DNA of 64,000 nucleotides, from the NCBI GenBank assembly GCA_035249905.1, contig DATFFT010000011.1:3502-67501 (forward strand), read 5' to 3'. Source of the DNA: Actinomycetota bacterium (lineage in GTDB: Bacteria > Actinomycetota > UBA4738 > HRBIN12). Each line of letters starts with the position of its first letter. Within the stretch, counting starts at the first letter, position 1. Shown here piece by piece: positions 1 to 8,224 of the stretch. The notes under the pieces were generated by a model. It was not told where the DNA came from. It worked only from the letters and a program-made list of their open reading frames with translations, and searched no databases. The translations under genes and the position numbers were made by a program.

Positions 1-990
1 TACGACGGCACGATCCGGGCCGGCCGGTTCTTCAGCGGGGAGTTCACGGGCACCGGCCTGCGGCTGCGCGAGTTCCGGAGCGATTTCCAGCGCACGGGTC
101 AACCGATGGATTTCGTGTCCCGCGTCGACCTGCTCGACCCCGACGGGTCGGTGATCCGCCGGGAGGACATCAGGGTGAATCACCCGGCCAGGATCGAGGG
201 GCTGTGGATCCATCAATCGAGCTTCGGCTGGGCTCCGGTGATCGAGGTGACCGACGGGGGTGAGGTCGCCGCGTCGGGGCCGGTCGTGATGGATCGCGAC
301 CTCGCGCCCGAGGGCGTGGTCGAGTTCGCGATGCCATGGCGCGGGGTCGTGAAGCTTCCCGGGGCGGGCACCGACGGGCTCGACCGGGCGATCGAGCTCG
401 AGCTGTGGCCCGATAGCCGCGCCCTCACCGCGCTGCTCGCCGAGCAGGAGCCACAGGCGATGCTCGTCGAGTTCGATCCGATCATCCGGTTCTCGGTGTG
501 GGAAGGCGCGCTGACCGATCTGTCCACCAACCGCCTCGACACGACCGGGCTCGACGAGGTGTCGTCGGGCATCGTGGGGGCAGGCCGCACGGCCGACCTC
601 GCCGACGGGGCGGCACTCGCCGCGGGAGACGCAGGCTCGGGCGCGACGATCTCGTTCACCGAGCTCCGGCAGTACTCGGTCTTCCAGGTAGGCCGCGACG
701 CCGGGGTGCCCCTCGTGCTGGCCGCGGCTATCCTCGTCCTCGTGGGGCTCTTGCCCGCGCTGTACAGCTCCCGCCGCAAGGTCTGGGTCCACGCCGATCC
801 CGACGGCGACGGGTCGCTGCTGCGCGTGGGCGGTCTCGCGATGCAGCGCAAGCCGCAGTTCGAGGAGGAGTTCGACCGCCTGGTCGGCGCGCTCGTGTCG
901 TCGGCCGGTGGCCGGCGGGCTCCGGACCCCGGGGGGCCGGGACCGGATCAGCGAGAGCCGGAGGAGCACGAGAAGGTGCAGACGCCGTGA
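1..990 (+). CDS. resB: Cytochrome c biogenesis protein ResB/CcsB, C-terminal part (5' end outside window)
   Basis: Frame 1 is open from base 1 (YDGTIRAGRFF...) into listed ORF 106..990. It has the ResB-like segment IRVNHPARIEGLWIHQSSFGW and a C-terminal TM helix VPLVLAAAILVLVGLLPALY. Its stop overlaps the ccsA start (GTGA at 987-990). Confidence 0.8.
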   Translation, partial: YDGTIRAGRFFSGEFTGTGLRLREFRSDFQRTGQPMDFVSRVDLLDPDGSVIRREDIRVNHPARIEGLWIHQSSFGWAPVIEVTDGGEVAASGPVVMDRDLAPEGVVEFAMPWRGVVKLPGAGTDGLDRAIELELWPDSRALTALLAEQEPQAMLVEFDPIIRFSVWEGALTDLSTNRLDTTGLDEVSSGIVGAGRTADLADGAALAAGDAGSGATISFTELRQYSVFQVGRDAGVPLVLAAAILVLVGLLPALYSSRRKVWVHADPDGDGSLLRVGGLAMQRKPQFEEEFDRLVGALVSSAGGRRAPDPGGPGPDQREPEEHEKVQTP

Positions 991-1949
991 CCGATCTGCA
1001 ATGGGCCCGCATCTCCAACGACGCGTTCAACGTCGCGTTGTTCGCCTACATCGCGGCGATGGTGGGCTACTTCGCCCACCTGGCGTTCAAGCGCGACGCG
1101 ATCTGGCAGATCTCGAGGGCGGTGGCCGTCGCCGGCGTCGTGGCGAACATCGTCTCGATCATCGCGCGCGGGTTCGCGGCCGATCGGGTGCCGTGGGGGA
1201 ACATGTACGAGTACTCGTCGCTCCTGGCGCTGCTCGTCGTGATCGGGGCCCTCGTCGTGGTCGAAGGCGTGTACAAGGTGCGCTCGCTCACAGGATTCGC
1301 GCTGATGTTCAGCGTGCTCACGATGGCGGTGGCGGTGTCGTTCCTCTACGTGGGGCCCGGGCCGCTGGTCCCCGCGTTGAACTCGTACTGGATCAAGATC
1401 CACGTGCAGGCCGCGATCTGGGGGTCGTCGCTGTTCGCCCTCGGCGGCATCGCGACGATCGCCTACCTCGTGGTCGACCGTGCGGAGCGTCGGAAGCTCG
1501 ACGCGCTCGGCTCCAAGGATCGTCCGCCGATCATGGGCGGCGCCCTCGATCTCGACGCCGACGCCGACGCGCCGGCCGATCTCGTGCCCGACTCGGCCGA
1601 AGACGTCGAGACCCGTCCCGCCAAGCGCCGCCTCGTGCCTTCGGCCGCCGGGCTCGACCGGCTCGCCTACCGGATCATCGCTCTCGCGTTCCCCATCTGG
1701 ACGTTCGCGGTGATCGCCGGCGCGGTCTGGGCCCAGGAGGCGTGGGGTCGCTACTGGGGCTGGGACCCGAAGGAGACGTGGTCGTTCATCACCTGGGTGA
1801 TCTTCGCCGGCTACCTGCACGCCCGCGCCACGAACGGCTGGAAGGGACGTCGCGCCGCGCTCATCGCGCTCGTCGGGTTCGCCTCGCTGCTGGTGACGTA
1901 CTACGTGGTGAACCTCTGGATCGTGGGTCTGCACAGCTATGCGAAGTGA
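987..1949 (+). CDS. ccsA: Cytochrome c-type biogenesis protein CcsA/ResC (heme handling)
   Basis: In-frame GTG at 987 inside ORF 498..1949; the upstream part of that ORF is an Arg-rich shadow. The product is multi-TM with the Trp-rich heme-handling motif WGRYWGWDPKETWSFITW. Confidence 0.88.
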   Translation: MTDLQWARISNDAFNVALFAYIAAMVGYFAHLAFKRDAIWQISRAVAVAGVVANIVSIIARGFAADRVPWGNMYEYSSLLALLVVIGALVVVEGVYKVRSLTGFALMFSVLTMAVAVSFLYVGPGPLVPALNSYWIKIHVQAAIWGSSLFALGGIATIAYLVVDRAERRKLDALGSKDRPPIMGGALDLDADADAPADLVPDSAEDVETRPAKRRLVPSAAGLDRLAYRIIALAFPIWTFAVIAGAVWAQEAWGRYWGWDPKETWSFITWVIFAGYLHARATNGWKGRRAALIALVGFASLLVTYYVVNLWIVGLHSYAK

Positions 1950-2045
1950 GGGCACAGCCGTCTCCGGTCGCGCCGATGCCGGTGATACAGTGCGCGCGTT
2001 CCGGCCCGTGCGCGGCCCCGACGTCAGGTAGGAGAGAGACCGATC

Positions 2046-3134
2046 GTGCGGAAGAAGGTGCTGTGGACCCTCGGCTCATTGGCCGCGGGACTGCTGCTCG
2101 CGGCGTGCGCACCGAACGCCACACAGGACACCTTGCAGCCGGTCGGCGACGTCGCCAAGCAACAGAAGGCGCTGTTCGTGCCCGTGTTCTGGGTGGCTGT
2201 CGCCGTCTTCGTGATCGTGCAGGGGGGCATCCTGTACATCGCGATCCGCTACCGCCACCGCAAGGGGCGCGACCGCATGCCGAGGCAGACCCACGGCAAC
2301 ACGCGCCTGGAGATCGGATGGACGATCGCCCCCGCCGTCGTGCTCGCCGTCGTCACGGTGCCGACGGTCGCGATGATCTGGGACCTCGCCCGCCCGGCCG
2401 GCGAGGGAGCCCTCAACATCACGGTCGAGGGCTACCAATGGTGGTGGGGATTCGCCTACCCCGATGACGACATGGTGACCGACTGGGACCGGCCGATCAC
2501 GATCGCCGACACGATGGTGGTGCCGACCGGGCGCCAGATCTCCCTCGCGCTCGAGTCGAAAGGTGGCGGCGCGCAGGACGCCAACCAAGATCCGGACTTC
2601 CAGGTGATCCATTCGTTCTGGGTGCCGGAGCTCTTCGGCAAGCAGGACGTCGTACCCGGGCGCACGAACCACATCGTGTTCAGCGTCGACGAGCCCGGCA
2701 CGTACACGGGCCAGTGCGCGGAGTTCTGCGGCCTGCAGCACGGCCGCATGAAGCTCGAGGTCCGTGCGCTCGAACCGGCCGACTGGGACGCCTGGGTCGA
2801 GAACCAGAAGACGCTCGCGCCCAGCCCGACCGATCCGCTCGCGCAGCAGGGCGAGGAGCTGTTCCTGAACCCACTCAGCGACGGTCGAGGGGCGTGCATC
2901 CAATGTCACGCGGTCGGTGGCGACGGCGCAACTGCGGCGCCGAACCTCTCGCACTTCGCCGACCCGGAGCACACGTGCTTCGCGGGGTGCAACTGGCCGA
3001 TCGAGGACCGCGAGGCGCTCGCTGCCTGGCTGGCGGACCCTGGTGCCGTGAAGCTCGGGGCGAAGATGCCCGACTACCAGCTCACCGACGAGGAGATCGA
3101 CGCCCTCGTCGCCTACCTCTACAGCCTGACGTGA
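2046..3134 (+). CDS. ctaC: Cytochrome c oxidase subunit II with fused C-terminal cytochrome c domain (caa3 type), probable lipoprotein
   Basis: GTG start preceded by AGGAGAG. Signal/lipobox-like N-terminus LLLAACAP. CuA motif CAEFCGLQHGRM. C-terminal heme c motif CIQCH with a downstream KMPDY Met ligand region. Confidence 0.93.
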   Translation: MRKKVLWTLGSLAAGLLLAACAPNATQDTLQPVGDVAKQQKALFVPVFWVAVAVFVIVQGGILYIAIRYRHRKGRDRMPRQTHGNTRLEIGWTIAPAVVLAVVTVPTVAMIWDLARPAGEGALNITVEGYQWWWGFAYPDDDMVTDWDRPITIADTMVVPTGRQISLALESKGGGAQDANQDPDFQVIHSFWVPELFGKQDVVPGRTNHIVFSVDEPGTYTGQCAEFCGLQHGRMKLEVRALEPADWDAWVENQKTLAPSPTDPLAQQGEELFLNPLSDGRGACIQCHAVGGDGATAAPNLSHFADPEHTCFAGCNWPIEDREALAAWLADPGAVKLGAKMPDYQLTDEEIDALVAYLYSLT

Positions 3135-3153
3135 CGGAGGCGATCACCGAACG

Positions 3154-5028
3154 ATGGCGAGCGTGACCGTTCCCGAGACCGCACGTGGCCTGCTCAGGCG
3201 CCCGACCGCGATCACCGGCGCCTCCAGCTGGCTCACCACGGTGGACCACAAGAAGATCGGCATCATGTACGGGGTCGCCGCGTTCCTGTTCTTCATCGTC
3301 GGCGGTCTCGAGGCGCTGCTGATCCGCACGCAGCTCTACCGGCCCGACGGCACCCTGCTCAACGCCGACCAGTACAACCAGATCTTCACGATGCACGGCA
3401 TCACGATGATCTTCCTGTTCGTGATGCCGATGTCCTCGGCACTGTTCAACTACCTGATCCCGCTGATGATCGGGGCGCGCGACGTCGCGTTCCCACGGCT
3501 GAACGCGTACAGCTTCTGGGCCTTCGCGCTCGGAGGCCTCTTCCTCTACTCGAGCCCGTTCCTCGGGGGGGCTCCGAACGGGGGCTGGTTCGGGTACGCG
3601 CCGAACTCGACCACCGACCCGTCGATCGGCATGACGTTCTACGCGCTCGGGCTGATCATCACCGGTATCGCATCGACCGCCGGCGCCGTCAACCTGACCG
3701 TGACCGTGGTGAACATGCGAGCTCCGGGCATGTCGCTGTTCCGCATGCCGCCGTTCGTGTGGATGGGCCTCGTCGTGCAGTTCCTGCTGGTCTTCTCGCT
3801 GCCGATCATCACGGTGGCGCTGTTCCAGCTGCTGTTCGATCGCAGGTGGGACACGGCGTTCTTCGATCCGACCCGGGGCGGCGACCCGATCCTGTGGCAG
3901 CACCTGTTCTGGCTGTTCGGCCATCCCGAGGTGTACATCCTCATCCTGCCGGCGTTCGGCATCTTCAGCGAGGTCCTGCCGGTGTTCAGCCGCAAGCCGC
4001 TGTTCGGCTACCAGTTCGTGGTCTTCTCGGGCATCGCGATCGGGTTCATCGGCTTCGGCGTCTGGGCCCATCACATGTTCGCGGCCGGTCTCGGCCCCGT
4101 CGCGAACACCGCGTTCGGCATCTCGACGGCGATCATCGCGGTGCCGACCGGCATCAAGATCTTCAACTGGATGGGCACGATGTACGGTGGCGACATCCGC
4201 TTCACGTCGGCGATGTTGTACTCGGTCGGGGGCGTCGCGATGTTCGTGATCGGCGGTCTCTCGGGCGTGACGCACGCGATCGTGCCGAGCGATTACCAGC
4301 AGACCGACACGTATTACATCGTGGCGCACTTCCACTACGTGATCTTCGGCGGCGCCGTCTTCGCGTTCTTCTCAGCCTTCTTCTACTGGTGGCCGAAGGT
4401 GTTCGGGCGCCGGTTGGGCGAGGCGTCGGGGAAGGTGCAGTTCTGGATCCTGCTCGTGGGGTTCAACCTGGCCTTCGGTCCGATGCACGTGCTCGGCCTG
4501 CAGGGCATGATCCGCCGTGAGTACTCCTACCCCGAGTCGCTCGGCCTCACGTTCTGGAACCAGGTGTCCACCGTCGGCGCGTTCCTGATCGCGCTCTCCG
4601 TGCTGTTGTTCGTAGTGAACGTGGTGCGGACCCACATGAAGGCCCGTGGCGAGGCCGTCGAGGACCCCTGGGACGCCCGCACGATCGAGTGGATGACGAC
4701 GAGCCCGCCGCCCGTGCACAACTTCGACGAGATCCCGACCGTTCACTCCCTCGACGAGTTCTGGCACCGCAAGTACGTCGAGGACGAGCGCACCGGCACC
4801 CTCGTGCCGGCCCAGGCCGGCGCCGCCGACACGCACGACGAGGGCCACGCCGCCCACGGCGCGATCCACCTGCCGAGCCCGTCGTTCTGGCCCCTGGTCT
4901 CGGCGTTGGGCCTGCCGATCATGGGCTACGGGGTGTTGTACTCGTGGTGGCTGGTCGGCCTCGGCGCCCTCGTCGTGCTCACCGGCATCTTCGGGTGGGC
5001 GCTCGAGCCGTCGGTGGCCGAGGAGTAG
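3154..5028 (+). CDS. ctaD: Cytochrome c oxidase subunit I (624 aa, with extra C-terminal two-helix extension)
   Basis: Canonical heme-copper oxidase motifs (WLFGHPEVYILILPAFGIFSEV; HHMFAAG; VAHFHYV). The C-terminal extension reads HLPSPSFWPLVSALGLPIMGYGVLYSWWLVGLGALVVLTGIFGW. Confidence 0.95.
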   Translation: MASVTVPETARGLLRRPTAITGASSWLTTVDHKKIGIMYGVAAFLFFIVGGLEALLIRTQLYRPDGTLLNADQYNQIFTMHGITMIFLFVMPMSSALFNYLIPLMIGARDVAFPRLNAYSFWAFALGGLFLYSSPFLGGAPNGGWFGYAPNSTTDPSIGMTFYALGLIITGIASTAGAVNLTVTVVNMRAPGMSLFRMPPFVWMGLVVQFLLVFSLPIITVALFQLLFDRRWDTAFFDPTRGGDPILWQHLFWLFGHPEVYILILPAFGIFSEVLPVFSRKPLFGYQFVVFSGIAIGFIGFGVWAHHMFAAGLGPVANTAFGISTAIIAVPTGIKIFNWMGTMYGGDIRFTSAMLYSVGGVAMFVIGGLSGVTHAIVPSDYQQTDTYYIVAHFHYVIFGGAVFAFFSAFFYWWPKVFGRRLGEASGKVQFWILLVGFNLAFGPMHVLGLQGMIRREYSYPESLGLTFWNQVSTVGAFLIALSVLLFVVNVVRTHMKARGEAVEDPWDARTIEWMTTSPPPVHNFDEIPTVHSLDEFWHRKYVEDERTGTLVPAQAGAADTHDEGHAAHGAIHLPSPSFWPLVSALGLPIMGYGVLYSWWLVGLGALVVLTGIFGWALEPSVAEE

Positions 5029-5030
5029 AC

Positions 5031-5669
5031 ATGGCCGACCTCGCGATCACCCCCGGGAGCGGCGCGGCGGAGCCGCACGACGAACATGCCACCACGACCG
5101 GCCTGCCGAACACGAAGATCGCGATGTGGGTCTTCCTGGCGTCGGAGTGCTTGCTCTTCGGCGCGCTGATCACGACGTACGTGCTGTACCGGGGGGCGAG
5201 CGACACCGGACCCTACCCCGCAGACGTCTTCGACATCCCGTACACGTCGGTGTCGTCGTTCGTGCTGCTCGCCTCGTCGCTGACGATGGTGCTGTCGCTC
5301 GCGTCCGCTCAGAAGCGCGACGTGGCCCGCATGCGCCTGTGGCTGCTCGCCACCGCGCTCCTGGGGCTGACGTTCGTCGGCGGTCAGGTCTACGAGTTCA
5401 CGGCGTTCTACGACGAGGGCCTGTCGATCACGACGAACCTGTTCGGCACGACGTTCTACGTGCTGACCGGCTTCCACGGGGTGCACGTCACGGTCGGCAT
5501 CCTGATGCTGCTCTCGCTCGTCGGGTTCTCGGTGGCCGACCGGCTGCCCGACGACGCCGCGTTCCCGGTCGAGATGGTGGGCCTGTACTGGCACTTCGTC
5601 GACATCGTCTGGATCATCATCTTCACGGTCGTGTACCTGATCCCGACCCCTTCCCCGGCGCCGGCCTAG
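5031..5669 (+). CDS. ctaE: Cytochrome c oxidase subunit III
   Basis: ATG at 5031, 2 nt after the ctaD stop, in frame in ORF 4689..5669. Motifs KIAMWVFLASECLLFGALI and FYVLTGFHGVHVTVG. Confidence 0.9.
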   Translation: MADLAITPGSGAAEPHDEHATTTGLPNTKIAMWVFLASECLLFGALITTYVLYRGASDTGPYPADVFDIPYTSVSSFVLLASSLTMVLSLASAQKRDVARMRLWLLATALLGLTFVGGQVYEFTAFYDEGLSITTNLFGTTFYVLTGFHGVHVTVGILMLLSLVGFSVADRLPDDAAFPVEMVGLYWHFVDIVWIIIFTVVYLIPTPSPAPA

Positions 5670-5680
5670 GAGGACGACGA

Positions 5681-6043
5681 GTGTCCGAGACCGAGACCCC
5701 GTTCCAGGAAGAGCTCGGCGCACGCGACCTGGCCGACCCGCGCGAGTCGCAGGCGGCCCACCACGAGCATCCGAGCGCCAAGGAGTACATCCGCATCGGC
5801 ATCATCCTCGCCGTGCTGACCGCGCTCGAGGTCGCGACGTACTACGTCGACGTCGGCAGCGCCCTGCTCGTGCCGACGCTGATCGTGCTCGCGGTGATCA
5901 AGTTCGCGCTCGTCGTGATGTGGTTCATGCACCTGCGGTTCGACAGTCCCACCTACGCGCGGTTCTTCGTGATGGGCCTGGCCGGCGCGGCCACCTTGTA
6001 CCTGATCGTGTTGATCTCGTTCGGCGTCTTCGCGGTGGAGTGA
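5681..6043 (+). CDS. ctaF: Cytochrome c oxidase subunit IV (small prokaryotic caa3/Bacillus-type)
   Basis: GTG at 5681 preceded by AGGAGGA at 5668-5674. The 120-aa product has three hydrophobic helices (IRIGIILAVLTALEVATYY; LIVLAVIKFALVVMWFMHL; FVMGLAGAATLYLIVLISF). It sits directly after ctaE. Confidence 0.72.
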   Translation: MSETETPFQEELGARDLADPRESQAAHHEHPSAKEYIRIGIILAVLTALEVATYYVDVGSALLVPTLIVLAVIKFALVVMWFMHLRFDSPTYARFFVMGLAGAATLYLIVLISFGVFAVE

Positions 6044-6045
6044 CG

Positions 6046-6876
6046 ATGCGTCTCCCCGCCTGGCACCTGCACCCCGACGTCTGGCTGCTGTTCGGCTCGA
6101 TCATCGCCGCCTACGTGATCGGCGTCCGCCGTCACCTGGCGGTCACGGGCGAGCAGACCCCCCGGCGGAAGCAGGTGCTGTTCCTCACCGGCATGGGCGT
6201 GTTGTGGCTCGGGGCCGACTGGCCCGTGCACGACCTGGCCGAGGGCTACCTCTACCTGATGCACATGACCCAGCACCTGCTGTTCACGCTGATCGCGGCG
6301 CCGCTGCTGATCGCCGGCATGCCGGCGTGGATGCTGCGGGGCCTGCTGGCCCCGCCACCGCTCAGGCGGGTGTTCCGGTTCTTCACGCGCCCGCTCGTCG
6401 CGTTGATCGTGTTCAACGGCGTGTTGCTGTTCACGCACTGGCCCGCGGTCGTCGAGGCGTCGGTGGGCTCCGAAGCGATCCATCTCGCGCTGCACGTGCT
6501 GATCGTCGGCTCGGCGCTGGCGATGTGGTGGCCGGTCATGTCGCCGCTGCCCGAGATGCCGGCGCTCAGCCCGCCCGGTCAGATGATCTACCTGTTCCTG
6601 CAGTCGCTCGCACCCACGATCCCGGCGTCGTTCCTGACGTTCGGACGTTCCTCGCTCTACCCCGTGTACGCGGGATTCCCGCGCATCTGGGGGATCTCGG
6701 CGCTGAACGACCAGCTGATCGCGGGGCTGATCATGAAGCTCGCCGGAGGCCTGCTGCTCTGGGGCGTGATCGCGGTGATCTTCTTCCGCTGGTACGAGCA
6801 GGAACAACGTGACGGCCTCGACCGGTCCGCGTACCAGAACGTGCAGCGCGACGTGGAGGCCGAGCTGGGACGATGA
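6046..6876 (+). CDS. ctaG: Cytochrome c oxidase assembly factor CtaG (caa3_CtaG family membrane protein)
   Basis: ATG at 6046, 2 nt after the subunit IV stop. Polytopic membrane protein with LMHMTQHLLFTLIAAPLLIAGMPAW, typical of this family. It follows the cta genes. Confidence 0.78.
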   Translation: MRLPAWHLHPDVWLLFGSIIAAYVIGVRRHLAVTGEQTPRRKQVLFLTGMGVLWLGADWPVHDLAEGYLYLMHMTQHLLFTLIAAPLLIAGMPAWMLRGLLAPPPLRRVFRFFTRPLVALIVFNGVLLFTHWPAVVEASVGSEAIHLALHVLIVGSALAMWWPVMSPLPEMPALSPPGQMIYLFLQSLAPTIPASFLTFGRSSLYPVYAGFPRIWGISALNDQLIAGLIMKLAGGLLLWGVIAVIFFRWYEQEQRDGLDRSAYQNVQRDVEAELGR

Positions 6877-6908
6877 GCCACCGGATGAGCCACCGGATGC
6901 GCCGCCGG
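6873..6908. repeat. Three tandem 12-nt units (ATGAGCCACCGG x2, then ATGCGCCGCCGG) spanning the ctaG stop codon
   Basis: Read directly: 6873-6884 and 6885-6896 are identical, and 6897-6908 differs at 2 positions. AAGGAG at 6909-6914 and the ATG of the next gene at 6926 follow. Confidence 0.9.
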
Positions 6909-6925
6909 AAGGAGCTGTCGGATCG

Positions 6926-8224
6926 ATGAGCGAGGGCAAGAACCGGCAGAGCCTCTTGCTGCCGATCCTGTTGCCGGCCGGGGTCCTGATCGTGATCGGC
7001 CTCGTGCTCTTCGGGTTCTCACGAGTGCTCCTCACCGTCTCGCACGCGGCGGCCACGGTGGTCGCGTTGATCGTCGCGGTCGCGGTCGTTGCCGTGGCGG
7101 GGTGGGTCGCATCGAGGCAGCGGGTCACGGGCGCGACGCTCTTCTCGATGGTCGCCGCCGTCGCGGGCGTCGCCATGGTGGCCGGGGGGCTCGCCGTCGT
7201 CGCCGCGCCCCTGCAGGAGGAGGGCGGCGAGGAACCGGGTGGCGAAGCGGTCGTGCTCGCCCTCGCCGCACCCGAGGGTGCGGCGGTCGACGGGTTCTCG
7301 ACCGATGCGTTGGCGGCGCCGAGCGACGAACCGTTCACGATCGCGTTCGACAACGCCGACCCGTCGACCCAACACAACGTCGTGCTCTTCGACGGCCCCG
7401 ATGCGGACGCGCCGGCGCTGTTCACCGGCGAGCTCGTCACGGGCCCGGCCCAGATCGACTACCGGATCGAGCCTGTGCCCGAAGGGGAGTACTTCTTCCA
7501 CTGCGAGGTTCATCCCACGACGATGACCGGCACGTTGACCGCCGCGCCCGGCGAGGGCGGCGAAGGCGGGGAAGGCGGGGGAGGCGGGGCCACGACGGTC
7601 GTCGCCTCGGACCTATCGTTCGACACCGACACGATCGACCTGCCGGCCGATACCCCCACGACGCTGACGCTCGACAACCGCGACGACGGCATCCCGCACA
7701 ACATCGCGATCTACACCGACGACTCCCTGGGTGAGTCGCTGTTCGTCGGCGACCTCGTGACCGGGCCGGCCTCGGTCGACTACGAGATCCCGGCCATCCC
7801 CGCCGGTGAGTACTACTTCCATTGCGACGTCCATCCCGACATGAGCGGTACCGTCGTCGTCGAGGGAGGCGGAGGCGGGGACGGAGGAGGCGATCCCGGG
7901 GGAGGCGAAGACGGCGGCGACGCCGAGGGAGAGGGCGGTGCTGCGGCGGCCTCGGTGGCGGCCGAGAACTCGGCGTTCGATCCGACGACGCTGAGCTGGG
8001 AGGCGGGGGCCGAGACCACGCTGACGTTCGACAACCGTGACCCGGTCGACGTCGCCGGCCCGCACAACGTCTCGATCTACGACGGCGACACCGCGCTGTT
8101 CCAGGGTGATCTCGTCGAAGGCCCCGCGACGGTCGACTACGCGGTACCTGCGATGGAAGCCGGCACGTACGACTTCCGATGCGACGTGCATCCGGACATG
8201 ATCGGCACCGTCGAGGTCACCTGA
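6926..8224 (+). CDS. Membrane-anchored protein with three tandem type-1 (blue) copper cupredoxin domains
   Basis: ATG at 6926 after AAGGAG. The N-terminus has about 3 hydrophobic helices. Three repeats each carry a His...Cys-x2-His-x2-3-Met ligand set (HNVVLF...FHCEVHPTTM; HNIAIY...FHCDVHPDM; HNVSIY...FRCDVHPDM), separated by Gly/Glu/Asp linkers. Confidence 0.8.
   Translation: MSEGKNRQSLLLPILLPAGVLIVIGLVLFGFSRVLLTVSHAAATVVALIVAVAVVAVAGWVASRQRVTGATLFSMVAAVAGVAMVAGGLAVVAAPLQEEGGEEPGGEAVVLALAAPEGAAVDGFSTDALAAPSDEPFTIAFDNADPSTQHNVVLFDGPDADAPALFTGELVTGPAQIDYRIEPVPEGEYFFHCEVHPTTMTGTLTAAPGEGGEGGEGGGGGATTVVASDLSFDTDTIDLPADTPTTLTLDNRDDGIPHNIAIYTDDSLGESLFVGDLVTGPASVDYEIPAIPAGEYYFHCDVHPDMSGTVVVEGGGGGDGGGDPGGGEDGGDAEGEGGAAAASVAAENSAFDPTTLSWEAGAETTLTFDNRDPVDVAGPHNVSIYDGDTALFQGDLVEGPATVDYAVPAMEAGTYDFRCDVHPDMIGTVEVT

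Noticed and set aside
7545-7950. Repetitive GGC/GAG/GGA-rich DNA that superficially looks like a short tandem repeat or array.
   Set aside because: It is in frame and encodes the Gly/Glu/Asp linkers between cupredoxin domains. There is no spacer/repeat periodicity, so it is not a CRISPR array or minisatellite.
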